Assembly: GCA_963806225.1 (NCBI GenBank)
Contig: CAWDXG010000001.1
Coordinates: forward strand, 1,856,001 to 1,920,000
Direction: 5' to 3'
DNA from: an uncultured delta proteobacterium
GTDB taxonomy: Bacteria; Myxococcota_A; Polyangia; Polyangiales; Polyangiaceae
Length of the DNA stretch: 64,000 bases
Shown here: one piece after another, positions 29,417 to 39,345 of the stretch
Layout: each line of letters opens with the position of its first letter
How positions within the stretch are numbered: the stretch's first letter is position 1
The notes under the pieces: generated by a model
The model's database searches: none
What the model was told of the DNA's origin: nothing
The model's input: only the letters and a program-made list of their open reading frames with translations
Translations under genes and position numbers: made by a program

Positions 29417-30355
29417 ATGCGTGCAGTAGCGGCCGGTATCAGCGACGTTGGGCTGCAGCGTGATCACAACGAGGACAGCTATGCCATCCTGAACGAGCAG
29501 GAGCTGTACGTTGTTGCCGACGGCATGGGAGGTCACCGTGCCGGCGACGTCGCGAGCAGGCTGGCCACGGACGCCATCGTGGACTTCTTTCGCGCCACGG
29601 CGGCCGAGGACGTCACGTGGCCGTTCCACTTCGACGCCCGCCTCAGCGAAGAGGAAAACCGCCTGCTGACCGGGATCCGGATTGCGAACCGCCAGATCAT
29701 CGAGCGGAGCGCGCATTCGCGGGAGTGCCACGGGATGGGCACCACGGTGGTGGGCGCGCTCTTCAGCCCGAAGAAGAAGAAGATGTACATCGGCCACGTC
29801 GGCGACAGTCGCGCGTACCGGATCCGCGGCGGGAAGATCGCGCAGATGACCCGCGACCACTCGTTGGTGAACGACTACCTGCTCGCCATGCCCGAGCTGA
29901 CGGAGGAGCAGCGAAGCGAGCTGCCGAAGAACGTCATCACCCGCGCGCTCGGCATGCAGGACCACGTCACGGTCGATCTGCAGAGTGATGACGCGCAGCC
30001 TCGTGACCTGTACGTGCTCTGTTCAGATGGACTGAGCGGCATGATCGAGGACGACGAGATCCTCGAAGTGGTCGGCGGGACCGACGACCTGGAGGAGGCC
30101 TGCCGGCGCCTGGTGGCGCTCGCCAACGAGCACGGCGGCGAAGACAACATCACTGCGCTCATCGTGCGGATCGAGGACGGAGCGGACGAGGAGAAGCTCA
30201 GCTTCAGCGACACACTCCCGCGGCCACCCGGGGTGGCGCCGGTCCAGGCGGTGGAACCGGTCGAGGAGACCGCGGACACGCCTCCAGCGGGCGTTCCCGC
30301 AGTCGCGCCTGCGGACACGCCGCCCGAAGGCGAAGCGCCGCCCACCGGCGACTAG
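29417..30355 (+). CDS. PP2C-type Ser/Thr phosphatase (Stp1/Pph1-like)
   Basis: DVGLQRDHNED, VADGMGGH, GMGTT, HVGDSRAY, CSDGL, GGEDNIT. Confidence 0.95.
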   Translation: MRAVAAGISDVGLQRDHNEDSYAILNEQELYVVADGMGGHRAGDVASRLATDAIVDFFRATAAEDVTWPFHFDARLSEEENRLLTGIRIANRQIIERSAHSRECHGMGTTVVGALFSPKKKKMYIGHVGDSRAYRIRGGKIAQMTRDHSLVNDYLLAMPELTEEQRSELPKNVITRALGMQDHVTVDLQSDDAQPRDLYVLCSDGLSGMIEDDEILEVVGGTDDLEEACRRLVALANEHGGEDNITALIVRIEDGADEEKLSFSDTLPRPPGVAPVQAVEPVEETADTPPAGVPAVAPADTPPEGEAPPTGD

Positions 30356-30391
30356 GACGGCGAAGCGCCGCCCACTAACGACCAGGACGGC
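30332..30391 (+). repeat. 30-bp tandem duplication spanning the PP2C stop codon
   Basis: GAAGCGCCGCCCACCGGCGACTAGGACGGC followed by GAAGCGCCGCCCACTAACGACCAGGACGGC. Confidence 0.8.
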
Positions 30392-30409
30392 CGGGTCTAG
30401 CGACTCGCG

Positions 30410-30961
30410 CTACTGGTCGCAGTTCTCGAACACGAAGAAGCCGTCGGCTTGGCAGTACGTGCTCGGCGAGGTCGGGTTGACGAAGCCGGGGCAAAGGAAA
30501 TGCGCCCAGATGCGTCCACCCGCGAGCTGGATCGGCGTGACCGTGCAATCCGTGCCGTCCGGCGAGCTCATCGTGGTGGCGCTCGTGGGATCGAACGAGC
30601 CAATCGACGCTGTGCCGTCGGACGACTTCGGCACCTTGCCGTTGATCCGGAACGAGACACTGCCTTTGCGCATCGTGCCGGTCACGGTGAACGTGCTGCT
30701 GCCCTTGACGCTGCAACGCACGTAGGCGCCACCGTTGCCGTCCTCGACACGTGTACCGGGATCGGTCTGGCCCGGGGCCCGCGTACCGATCTGGGCATTG
30801 TGCGCCGGGAGGTTGCAGGTCTTCCCCGCCGGCGGGCTCGAGGAGGACGCGATGTGGATATACAGCGAGCCCTGGGCGGGCGGGGGTGCGGAGCCGCTGC
30901 AGCTACTCGCTGCAAGCGCCAGTAGCGACGCGGTGGCAAGGGCAAGCGTTCGAAGCATCAT
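30410..30961 (-). CDS. Cys-containing lipoprotein, unknown function
   Basis: MMLRTLALATASLLALAASSC lipobox-like signal; GAGGAG upstream. Confidence 0.7.
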   Translation of the reverse strand: MMLRTLALATASLLALAASSCSGSAPPPAQGSLYIHIASSSSPPAGKTCNLPAHNAQIGTRAPGQTDPGTRVEDGNGGAYVRCSVKGSSTFTVTGTMRKGSVSFRINGKVPKSSDGTASIGSFDPTSATTMSSPDGTDCTVTPIQLAGGRIWAHFLCPGFVNPTSPSTYCQADGFFVFENCDQ

Positions 30962-31006
30962 CGACTGTCTCCTCCTCTCGGAGCCCACGTATATCTAGCT
31001 CATCCC

Positions 31007-32173
31007 CTAGCGAGGGATCAAACGCAGGGCCTGCTCCAGGTCGGCCCACAGGTCTTCGGCGCCTTCCAGCCCGACGCTCAGGCGGACCAGGCTGTCCGAG
31101 ATGCCGATCTGTCGGCGGGTTTCGGCTGGAATCGAGGCGTGGGTCATGATGGCGGGGTGTTCCGCCAGCGACTCTACCCCGCCCAGGCTCTCGGCCAACG
31201 TGAAGATCCGGAGTGCTGCCAGGAAAGCGCTGGCCTGCTCCAGGCCCCCACGGAGCTCGACGCTGATCATGCCCCCGCCGCCTTCCATCTGGCGCTGGCA
31301 GAGCGCGTGGTCCGGGTGGCTCTCGAGACCCGGGTAGTGGACCCGTTCCACGTCCGGGTGCCCTTCCAGCCGCCGGGCCAGCCCGCTTGCGGTCTCGACA
31401 TGCCGCTGCATCCGGACCGGCAGGGTCTTCAGCCCGCGTAGCACAAGGTAGCAGTCCATCGGGCTCGGGACGGCGCCGATCGCGTTCTGTAGAAACCGGA
31501 TGCGCTCGGCCAGCTCCGGGTCGCTGGTGACCAGCGCGCCGCCGACCACGTCCGAGTGGCCGTTGATGTACTTGGTGGTCGAGTGCATCACCACCGTGGC
31601 GCCCAGCTCCAGCGGGTGCTGGAGCGCTGGGGACGCGAAGGTGTTGTCGACCACCAGCGGCAGCGAGTGCGCTCGAGCGATCTCCGAGACGGCGCGGATA
31701 TCGAAGAGCTTCAGCATGGGATTGGTGGGCGTTTCCATCCAGACCAGCTTCGTGCGCTCGTCGATCGCGCTCTCGAGTCGCGCCGGATCGCGCAGATCGA
31801 CGAAGCTCGTCTCGACGCCCATCGGTCGCAGCACCTTGTCGAACAGCCGGAACGTGCCGCCGTACACGTCGTCGCCGGAGACGACCCGGTCGCCGGGGCG
31901 CAGCATGTGCAGCAGCGTGAGCGTGGCGGCGCTGCCGCTGCCGAAGCAGAAGCCGTGCTCGCCGCCCTCGAGCGCGGCGAGGCACTTTTCCAGCGCTTCG
32001 CGCGTCGGGTTGCCGCTGCGCGAGTACTCGTAGAGCTTGGGCTCGCCCGGGCGCACCTGCGCGAACGTGCTCGACAGCACGATCGGCTGCATCACGGCAG
32101 CGTGCACCGGATCGGGCTCCTGCCCGGCGTGGATGGCTAGGGTGTCCCGGGACAGCGAGGCATCGGAGCTCAT
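31007..32173 (-). CDS. Cystathionine gamma-synthase/gamma-lyase (Cys/Met PLP enzyme)
   Basis: YEYSRSGNPTR, ETPTNP, VDNTFA, HSTTKYINGHSD, AESLGGVESL, RLSVGLE. Confidence 0.95.
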   Translation of the reverse strand: MSSDASLSRDTLAIHAGQEPDPVHAAVMQPIVLSSTFAQVRPGEPKLYEYSRSGNPTREALEKCLAALEGGEHGFCFGSGSAATLTLLHMLRPGDRVVSGDDVYGGTFRLFDKVLRPMGVETSFVDLRDPARLESAIDERTKLVWMETPTNPMLKLFDIRAVSEIARAHSLPLVVDNTFASPALQHPLELGATVVMHSTTKYINGHSDVVGGALVTSDPELAERIRFLQNAIGAVPSPMDCYLVLRGLKTLPVRMQRHVETASGLARRLEGHPDVERVHYPGLESHPDHALCQRQMEGGGGMISVELRGGLEQASAFLAALRIFTLAESLGGVESLAEHPAIMTHASIPAETRRQIGISDSLVRLSVGLEGAEDLWADLEQALRLIPR

Positions 32174-32245
32174 GGCTCGCCTAGATACCGCGAAACGGCC
32201 GGCAGCGGCTACGTCTCCGGAAACCCGTGGTGCCGGGAAAAGGAC

Positions 32246-32275
32246 GCGGCCCGCAGCTTCGAAGCTGCGGGCCGC
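32246..32275 (-). terminator. Terminator hairpin downstream of tRNA-His
   Basis: Perfect 30-nt palindrome GCGGCCCGCAGCTTCGAAGCTGCGGGCCGC followed on the minus strand by GTCCTTTT. Confidence 0.75.
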
Positions 32276-32277
32276 CC

Positions 32278-32352
32278 GGGGTGAGTGACGGGAATTGAAC
32301 CCGCGACAACTGGAGCCACAATCCAGTGCTCTACCACTGAGCTACACCCACC
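32278..32352 (-). tRNA. tRNA-His (GUG)
   Basis: GGTGGGTGTAGCTCAGTGGTAGAGCACTGGATTGTGGCTCCAGTTGTCGCGGGTTCAATTCCCGTCACTCACCCC; G-1, anticodon GTG, C discriminator; terminal A of CCA not encoded. Confidence 0.97.
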
Positions 32353-32498
32353 ATACTTCGTGGGCCGGGGCCCGGCGCACGGGCATTTAGTCCACGCCAC
32401 CGGGGTTCCGCAAGCGGGCTCGACGGCCGGTGCGATTTTTCCCGTAGGAGGTCGGGGCTGGTGCTCACGCCCGCTGCTGGGTTAGCCTGATCCGCGGC

Positions 32499-33518
32499 AT
32501 GCGCCCCCGCCATTTCCTGCTCCCTGGTCTGGTCGTCGGAGTGTGCGCGGCGCAGGCCGTCGCCCAGCCGCGGCCCGGTGTCCCGACGAGCTCGGCGACG
32601 CCGGTGGGTTCCGCGATCCCCGCCGGCTCGGCCGCTCCCGCAAGCTCGGCCGCTCCAGCCGGTTCTGCGGCTCCAGCTGGTCCCGGCTCGCCGACCGCGC
32701 TGCCGCCTCCACCTCCGGCGGCACCCTCCGGATCGGCGCCGCCCCCGCCTGCTCCTCCGGGGCAGGCCCCAGGCGCCGCGCCCCGGCCCGGCGCTCCGCC
32801 CCCGCCGGCCTACGGCCAGCGCCGACCGCCCGCATACGGGTATGGCCAGCGGGGCTACGGCCAGGCGGCCTATCCGCCGTACCCGCCGCCGGGCTACGCG
32901 CCGGTCGAGCCGCCCCCGCCGCCGAAGCCGAAAGGCGTCCACCTTCACGACGGCTTCTACTTCCGCGCGGATCTCGGCTTCGGCTACCTGCACGAGTCGG
33001 CGACGTTCAAGACCACCGGCGCCAGTGTCGATCAGACGCAGAGCGGCGGCGCCGGAAGCATGATGATCCTGTTCGGCGGGACGCCCGTCGACGGGTTTGC
33101 GCTCGGCGGCGGGCTATTTTTCGCTTCGGCCGGCAGCCCCAAGGCAGGAGGCAACACGAGCGGTCCGCGTGGCAGTCTCGGTTCCGAGGGGCTGATCGGG
33201 CTGACCGGCTTTGCCGACTACTACTTCGACCCGAAGGGCGGATTCCATCTGATGGGGCTGGTGGGGTTCGGCGGGCTTTCCTGGAGCGACGCGAACGGCA
33301 ACCAGGCGCCCAGCGACCAGCAGCCCGGCGGTGTCGTGCTCGGTGGCGGCGTCGGCTACGACTTCTGGGTCGGAGATCAGTGGAGTCTCGGCGTGATCGG
33401 TCGGGTGCTCTACGCGCCCATGTCGACGACCTACACGCCCGACGGCGCGACGGACGCCGTCCACTACTCGAGCAAGGTCGTTCTGCCAGTGCTGGCGTTC
33501 GCCGTGCTCGATCACTGA
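32499..33518 (+). CDS. Exported Pro-rich protein with C-terminal outer-membrane beta-barrel
   Basis: Signal peptide, PAGSAAP/PPAYG repeats, HDGFYFRADLGFG...GYDFWVGDQWSLG amphipathic strands. Confidence 0.7.
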   Translation: MRPRHFLLPGLVVGVCAAQAVAQPRPGVPTSSATPVGSAIPAGSAAPASSAAPAGSAAPAGPGSPTALPPPPPAAPSGSAPPPPAPPGQAPGAAPRPGAPPPPAYGQRRPPAYGYGQRGYGQAAYPPYPPPGYAPVEPPPPPKPKGVHLHDGFYFRADLGFGYLHESATFKTTGASVDQTQSGGAGSMMILFGGTPVDGFALGGGLFFASAGSPKAGGNTSGPRGSLGSEGLIGLTGFADYYFDPKGGFHLMGLVGFGGLSWSDANGNQAPSDQQPGGVVLGGGVGYDFWVGDQWSLGVIGRVLYAPMSTTYTPDGATDAVHYSSKVVLPVLAFAVLDH

Positions 33519-33527
33519 GCCGCGCGG

Positions 33528-34595
33528 CTACAGCTTCCAGTACGCCGACAGCGTGCGCTCCGCGCGCTCGAGCGCGGCCTCGTTGTCCGCATCGAATGTG
33601 CGTGGCGGTTGTGGCAGGCCTTGTTCCGCACGGCCGTGACCATCGAGCACGCGGAGCGATGCCAAGAGCGACGAACCGAGCGCCCTGAGGTCGTAGCCAC
33701 CCTCCAGCAGCAGCGCGACCCGCCCCGCCCCGCGCCCGGGCAGAACCGCCAGGATCTGTTCGAGCATCGTGGCATAGCCGGATTCCGTGACGCACATGCC
33801 GGCCAGCGGATCGCGCACGTGCGCATCGAAGCCGGCGCTGACGAGCACCAGCTCCGGCCGGTACTGTTCGGTGATCGGGGCCACGATGCGCTCGAACGCG
33901 GCGGAGTACACCGCGTCGTTCGCACCGGCACAGAGAGGCAGGTTCACGGTGAAGCCGCGGCCCTCGCCGCGGCCGACCTCGTCGCCGGCGCCGGTGCCCG
34001 GGTAGAAGGGCGACTCGTGCAGCGAGACGTACAGTACCGATGGGTCCCCATAGAACATCTCCTGCGTTCCGTTGCCGTGGTGCACGTCCCAGTCGAGCAC
34101 CAGCACGCGGTCCACACCGCGGGCCCGCGCGTGCGCCGCCGCCACGGCCACGTTGTTGAGCAGGCAGAAGCCCATCGCGGCACCGGGTCGTGCGTGGTGC
34201 CCCGGCGGCCGGAGCAGGCCCAGACCGAAGCTGGCGCGACCCTCGAGCAGGGCGTCGACCAGCGCGGTGGCCGCGCCGGCGGCCCGGCGGGCGGCCGCGG
34301 TCGACGTCGCGCAGTAGTAGGTGTCCGCGTCGAACCAGCCCTGTTTGCCGGCCACGCGGCCGAGTTGCTCCAGGTAGGCCTGCTCGTGGACGCGGAGCAG
34401 CTGCTCCTCGCTCGCGTCGCGGGGCTCGAGCTCGAGGCGCGTTAGATCCAGGTCGGCCCGGGCCAGCGCTGCCCGGGCCGCTTCGAGCCGCTCGGGCCGT
34501 TCGGGGTGCTGCCCTCCGACCGCCCGGTGACTGGAAAAGAGCGGATCGTCGCCCAGCGCGAGCGCGGGGACAGGAGAGGTGGACCCATGCTGCAT
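33528..34595 (-). CDS. Histone deacetylase family protein
   Basis: HPERPERL, RPPGHHA, GFCLLNN, DWDVHHGNGTQ, SAGFDAH, LEGGY. Confidence 0.95.
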   Translation of the reverse strand: MQHGSTSPVPALALGDDPLFSSHRAVGGQHPERPERLEAARAALARADLDLTRLELEPRDASEEQLLRVHEQAYLEQLGRVAGKQGWFDADTYYCATSTAAARRAAGAATALVDALLEGRASFGLGLLRPPGHHARPGAAMGFCLLNNVAVAAAHARARGVDRVLVLDWDVHHGNGTQEMFYGDPSVLYVSLHESPFYPGTGAGDEVGRGEGRGFTVNLPLCAGANDAVYSAAFERIVAPITEQYRPELVLVSAGFDAHVRDPLAGMCVTESGYATMLEQILAVLPGRGAGRVALLLEGGYDLRALGSSLLASLRVLDGHGRAEQGLPQPPRTFDADNEAALERAERTLSAYWKL

Positions 34596-34721
34596 GTTCG
34601 TTTCACTCCGGCGTGCTCGAATGATAACCTCGCGCGCACTTCAAGCGGGACGCCAGGTGGCTGAAAGCCGGTCTGGGGCCGGATTCGAAGCAGGGCGGGC
34701 TACGCGGAAGGGGCCCATCAC

Positions 34722-36185
34722 ATGCGCTGGAAGATCATTGTCGTCAACGCCGGCATCGTCCTGATCGTCGGGCTTTTGTCGTACGCACTGCTCTCGACCT
34801 CGCTTGGGGATGTCGTCTCCAACCAGGGTCAGCGCAAGACCGAGGTGGGCCAGGCGCTCCGGGCGGCCAACGCCCAGCTGGCTCTCGACGCGCTGCGTCT
34901 GGAACGCTGGTTGGACGAGCGGGCGAACACGGACGCGGTTCGCAGCGTCTTCCTCGGCGGCACGGCCGATGCCCGCAGCGAAAGCGCTACGGCACAGGCC
35001 AACAAGATCCGCGATGCCGCCGTCGGCGAACCGGATTTCGCGAAGATGGCGCCGTCGCTGGTGCTCTTCGTCGATGCCCAGGGTGTGGCGCTCGGCCGCA
35101 ACGGCTCGAACCTGATGCGGGGCGACAAGATGGCTGATGCCTATCCGTCCCTGGCGAAGGCCCTGAAGACCGGCAACACCGCCAGCGACGTGTGGCTGAA
35201 TCGTTCGCGGCAGGAGCAGATGCTGGCTAGCTACGCTCCGGTCCGTGGCGACGACGGCAAGATCCTCGGCGCGGTGATCGTCGGTACGCCGCTCAACGAC
35301 GAGCGTCTGACACGCACCAGCGACCTGACCAGCGGGCACGTGCTGCTGCTCGGCATCACGTCCGGCAAGCAGTTCGAGCTCGTCGCGAAGACCGGAAGCG
35401 CCAGCTCCGATGTGGTGGCCGCCGCCACCGGTCCGGACGCCACGCAGGCCGCCGTGAGCGCCATGGCCACAGGCAACGTCACGATCGGGGACAAGACCGC
35501 CGCCGCCCAGATCTTCGGTGCCGCGCCGCTGACGGGGTACGGCAACGGAAAGCGGGCCGTGCTGGTCTCCGCTGTGCCGGCGTCGCTGGTCGCGAGCCTG
35601 GGCGGGCTCTTGTGGCCCGTGTTCGGCGTCACGGCGCTCGGGATCCTGCTCGTCATCGTCTCCGGCGTGCTGCTGGGCAACTACATCGACACGCCGCTCT
35701 CGGAGCTCGAAGACGGCCTGCTCGCCATTATCAACGGCCGGACCGACCTGCGCTTCCAGATCGAGCATCCCGATCTGGGCGGGCTCGTGTTCCGCATCAA
35801 CTCGCTCCTGAACGCGTTGATGGGCGTTCCGGAGGACACCACGGACGACGAGGGCCGGCCGTCGCGCCCCGCCTCCGCGAACGACTTCCAGGAAGCGCTC
35901 TCCGTCGACGAGAGCTCGGTCCAGAGCCAAGCCGTCGATCCGCAGGTCGCGGCCGCGCTGGCGGCCGAACCCGCGGACCAGTACTACCAGCGTTTGTACG
36001 GCGAATACATCAACGCCAAGCGCCAGCTCGGCGATCCGGTGGATCACATCACGCCCCAGGCTTTCGTGGCCCGCATCCAGGGGACGGAGCAGGAGATGGC
36101 CGCCAAGCACGGTCGTCCCGTCCGCTACCAGGTGCAGCTCCGCGACGGGTCCGTGGTGCTGATCGCGGTGCCGCTGCCCGGCTGA
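34722..36185 (+). CDS. Membrane sensor-like protein (Cache-like periplasmic region, HAMP-like linker) with MXAN_5187-type C-terminal domain
   Basis: Two TMs around a periplasmic domain (MLASYAPVRGDDGKILGAVIVG); C-terminal LYGEYINAKRQLGD...F...VRYQVQLRDGSVVL. Confidence 0.7.
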   Translation: MRWKIIVVNAGIVLIVGLLSYALLSTSLGDVVSNQGQRKTEVGQALRAANAQLALDALRLERWLDERANTDAVRSVFLGGTADARSESATAQANKIRDAAVGEPDFAKMAPSLVLFVDAQGVALGRNGSNLMRGDKMADAYPSLAKALKTGNTASDVWLNRSRQEQMLASYAPVRGDDGKILGAVIVGTPLNDERLTRTSDLTSGHVLLLGITSGKQFELVAKTGSASSDVVAAATGPDATQAAVSAMATGNVTIGDKTAAAQIFGAAPLTGYGNGKRAVLVSAVPASLVASLGGLLWPVFGVTALGILLVIVSGVLLGNYIDTPLSELEDGLLAIINGRTDLRFQIEHPDLGGLVFRINSLLNALMGVPEDTTDDEGRPSRPASANDFQEALSVDESSVQSQAVDPQVAAALAAEPADQYYQRLYGEYINAKRQLGDPVDHITPQAFVARIQGTEQEMAAKHGRPVRYQVQLRDGSVVLIAVPLPG

Positions 36186-36378
36186 GCCGGCGCAGGCCCA
36201 GGCCGGCGGAGATCGCCGGAATCCCGGGGCAACGCCGTTTGTCCTGGTTCCAGGCGCGGTAGAGCGGCGGGTCGGGTAGGCGCTGCCCGGCGTGGGCAAA
36301 GTCCCTGCAGGCGCCTCTGAATCGGGCTATAAGCTCGCCGCGGCGGCAACGCTGCCGGTCAACACGGAAGAAGGTCGG

Positions 36379-37125
36379 ATGGGAGTCTTCGATATCTTCA
36401 GCAAGAAGAAGGGGGAGTCAGCGAGCCCGAAGAAGAGCGAGCGCGAGGTCGCCAAGCTCCAGAAGCTCGTCGGGAACAAGATGAGCCAGAACTACGATCG
36501 CCAGCAGGCGATCGAGGAGCTGGGCCGGATGGGGACCCCCGAGGCCGCCCTGGCGCTGCTCAAGCGTTTCGACTGGACTCTCGACCCCTCGATTACCGAT
36601 CAGGAAGAGAAGGAAGCGGCGGCGCAGGGCGTGATCGCCACGGGCGAAGTAGCGCTCGAGCCAATCCGCAAGTACTGCGCTCGCGCCGAGAGCCTGACCT
36701 GGCCGCTACGCATCCTCCAGCAGATCGTCACCGAGGAACACATCGTCGATGAGCTGCTGGGCGTCCTCGACGAGTTCGACACCGAGTACACGCGTAACGC
36801 GGAGCCGAAGGAGCAGCTCATCGCTACGCTCGAGGAATACCCGTGCGACGACGTGCGCATCGCGGTCGAGCCGTTCCTGCAGGACGCGAGCGAGCCGGTC
36901 CGGTTCCGGGCCGCGACGACCACTTTCGCCATGGGCGACGAGCAGAGCGTGCCCGCACTGCTCGAGGCGCTGGAAGAAGAGGAGTCGCTCCGGGTGAAGA
37001 ACCGGATTGCCCAGGGGCTGGCGGAGCGCGGCTGGAAGATCCCGAGCGAGCTTCAGGAATCCTGCCGCGACGCGCTGCCAGACGATTTCAAGCTCGACGG
37101 CAGCGTCGTCCGTCGCGTCGGGTAG
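36379..37125 (+). CDS. HEAT-repeat protein
   Basis: Helical repeats (RQQAIEELG, EPVRFRAATT, RVKNRIAQGL); start MGVFDIF. Confidence 0.75.
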   Translation: MGVFDIFSKKKGESASPKKSEREVAKLQKLVGNKMSQNYDRQQAIEELGRMGTPEAALALLKRFDWTLDPSITDQEEKEAAAQGVIATGEVALEPIRKYCARAESLTWPLRILQQIVTEEHIVDELLGVLDEFDTEYTRNAEPKEQLIATLEEYPCDDVRIAVEPFLQDASEPVRFRAATTTFAMGDEQSVPALLEALEEEESLRVKNRIAQGLAERGWKIPSELQESCRDALPDDFKLDGSVVRRVG

Positions 37126-37268
37126 GTCCCGCCCCGAGCGATGGCGTGACCGCGCGCACGGGACACCGCGGCGCGCCTGCGCGCTCGCTCCCGTAGCGCC
37201 CGAGGAGCCCAGCGAGGGCCCCGCGCGAAGCGCGGGGGACCCGACGCAATGTTGTGGTGACGCCTCGG

Positions 37269-38168
37269 CTACTCGCTGACGCGGTACTGCATCGGGAAGT
37301 AGAAGTTGTAGCTGATCGTCAGCATCTGGTTGAACTGGAACTGACGGTCGTCGCTGCTGATGGCGTTGTCCGGGAAGTTCTTGTCCTTGCCGCCGCCGCG
37401 GGTGTCGAAGCCGCCCGTGTTGCGCGAGAAGGGCAGCCCCCGGTACTCGAAGCCGATCGCGTTCCACTTGTTCACGTAGAACGTGAAGCCGAGCCCGAAC
37501 GTCGGCGCGATGGCCACCCGGCTCGCGCGGTCGTACTTGCCCTTGCAGCTGTTGGCCGGGCAGTCCGCCCGCTCCTGAACGCCAACGAACGCCGGGCCTG
37601 CGAAGAAGTACAGATCGGTATCGACGAAGATGTTCTTGAAGAGGGCGAGCTTGCCCCGGAACGGCGTGACCGTGAGCTGCGGCGCCAGGATCCAATCCAT
37701 GGTGCCGAGCTGGTCCTTGAAGTTCGGCCCGAGGTTCGTGTCGACCAGCCGTTGATCCACGATCTCGCCGCCGCCGCCCTGTACGACCTTCGCGTTCGCC
37801 GCGCGGCGCTGTGCGTTCACGTCCTGCACATGATCCGACAGCGCGGTCGGGATCTTGACGGCGCCGTAGCTGCCGAAGACGCCCACACCCAGCCAGTCCG
37901 TGAAGTTGTAGTTGAGGCGGGCGCCGAAGAAGATCGTGCGCTGGTACTGATCCAGCAGCGAGAAGGTCACCGCCGGGGAAACCTCGAAGCGCCCCTGACG
38001 GTACAGCCGCAGATGGCGCACCGCAGGCGCGCCGGCGAGGGGCCCCGTTACCAGGATCTCCTGCGCCTGCGCCTTGTGGGTGGAGCCGAACAGGGCGGCG
38101 CCTGCCACAGCCGCCGAAAGCAACCAGCGGGCCGCCTTCGTCCTCGTTTTCGTGGTCGTCGTGCGCAT
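37269..38168 (-). CDS. Myxobacterial outer-membrane beta-barrel protein (GltA/GltB-like)
   Basis: Signal peptide; RLYRQGRFEVSP, TPFRGKLALF, DLYFFAG, C-terminal aromatic strand YNFYF. Confidence 0.75.
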   Translation of the reverse strand: MRTTTTKTRTKAARWLLSAAVAGAALFGSTHKAQAQEILVTGPLAGAPAVRHLRLYRQGRFEVSPAVTFSLLDQYQRTIFFGARLNYNFTDWLGVGVFGSYGAVKIPTALSDHVQDVNAQRRAANAKVVQGGGGEIVDQRLVDTNLGPNFKDQLGTMDWILAPQLTVTPFRGKLALFKNIFVDTDLYFFAGPAFVGVQERADCPANSCKGKYDRASRVAIAPTFGLGFTFYVNKWNAIGFEYRGLPFSRNTGGFDTRGGGKDKNFPDNAISSDDRQFQFNQMLTISYNFYFPMQYRVSE

Positions 38169-38194
38169 TGTTGCCTGACCTCGCCTTTCGCCCA

Positions 38195-39199
38195 TCACTT
38201 CGGCAACCTGTACTCGAACGAGAACGGGAGGAAGATGGAGATACCGACCTGCGCCTGGACGTTGTTCGTCAGTTTGGAGTCGCCGTACCAGTTGGCGGAA
38301 TCCTGCTGGGCCTTGACCGTCGTGGGTATCGAGAGGTTCTCCAGCTTGTCGTTGAAGATGTAGTCACGCACCTCGAGCACGCCGGCGAACCAGCGGTTGA
38401 AGAAGATGCGGAGGCCGATGCCGGCGTTGAACGCGAGCTTCGTTTTGTAGCTGAAGTTGCGGTTGTCCGGGTCGATGATCGGAACCGGCCGCGTGCTCAG
38501 CGCTCCTACGCCGCCCACGACGTAGGCGTCGTAGTGGAAGATGAAGTCGCCGAACCCGGCGAACTTGCCCATGGCCGGCACGTACGTGAAGTTCCCTGCA
38601 GCACCCCAGCTGTATTCCGTCAGGGGGACCGCAACGCGAGCTGCACGACGCAGATCCGCGTTGAACTTACTGTCGTTGTTGAACGGCGCGTAGTAGTTGA
38701 AGTTCGCGCCGATCGCGAGAACGTTCGTGATGTAGTAGTTCAGCGCGATGCCCGGCGCGGGATGGCTCACGAACTGGTCGTTCAGCGTGAACGACCAGTA
38801 CGGATTGATCTCCAAGCGCCGAGCGCGCAGCACGTACAGCTGCTGCATCGCGTAGATCTGCTCGTGTAGAGGCTTCTTCGCCTCCTTGGCCATGTCGAGG
38901 TGAGGGCAGGCCTGCGGGTCGATCTGGCAGATATCACCAAGGCCTGCGCCGCCAGGCAGCGCTTCCCCGGTGCCCGGCACACCCTCGCCACCGGGGATGT
39001 CCGAGCCTTCGCCAGCCTTGTCTTCCCCGGCCTTGCCTTCGCCAGCCTGGTCTGCGCCCTCTCCCGCTGCGCCCTGGTCCGCGCTGCCCGCCTGGGCATC
39101 GCCGGACTTGTCGGGCTCAGCTTTTTTCTGGCCCCACGCGACTGCGGGGACGACCCAGAGCGCAGCTGCGACGAGGAGCCCGATGCGAGTCTTCTTCAT
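38195..39199 (-). CDS. Myxobacterial outer-membrane beta-barrel protein (GltB/GltA-like)
   Basis: Signal peptide; RRLEINP..TLNDQF, VPAMGKFA, HYDAYVVGG, EVRDY, VGISIFLP. Confidence 0.75.
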   Translation of the reverse strand: MKKTRIGLLVAAALWVVPAVAWGQKKAEPDKSGDAQAGSADQGAAGEGADQAGEGKAGEDKAGEGSDIPGGEGVPGTGEALPGGAGLGDICQIDPQACPHLDMAKEAKKPLHEQIYAMQQLYVLRARRLEINPYWSFTLNDQFVSHPAPGIALNYYITNVLAIGANFNYYAPFNNDSKFNADLRRAARVAVPLTEYSWGAAGNFTYVPAMGKFAGFGDFIFHYDAYVVGGVGALSTRPVPIIDPDNRNFSYKTKLAFNAGIGLRIFFNRWFAGVLEVRDYIFNDKLENLSIPTTVKAQQDSANWYGDSKLTNNVQAQVGISIFLPFSFEYRLPK

Positions 39200-39345
39200 C
39201 GATGCCTCTTCCGTTATCCCCTTCAACGACCGCTAGAACGAGCTCTGCAACTACGTGGAAATATTGGAAAAATCTGCCAAACGCAAGCGCCGCGCGACTA
39301 TATCATGCGGAATTTCCGCTGATCAACATCCAAATCCAGAGTGAC

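Noticed and set aside
32221..32499. Integrative element at tRNA-His
   Set aside because: No integrase and no duplicated tRNA 3' end seen; the flanks are ordinary chromosomal genes.
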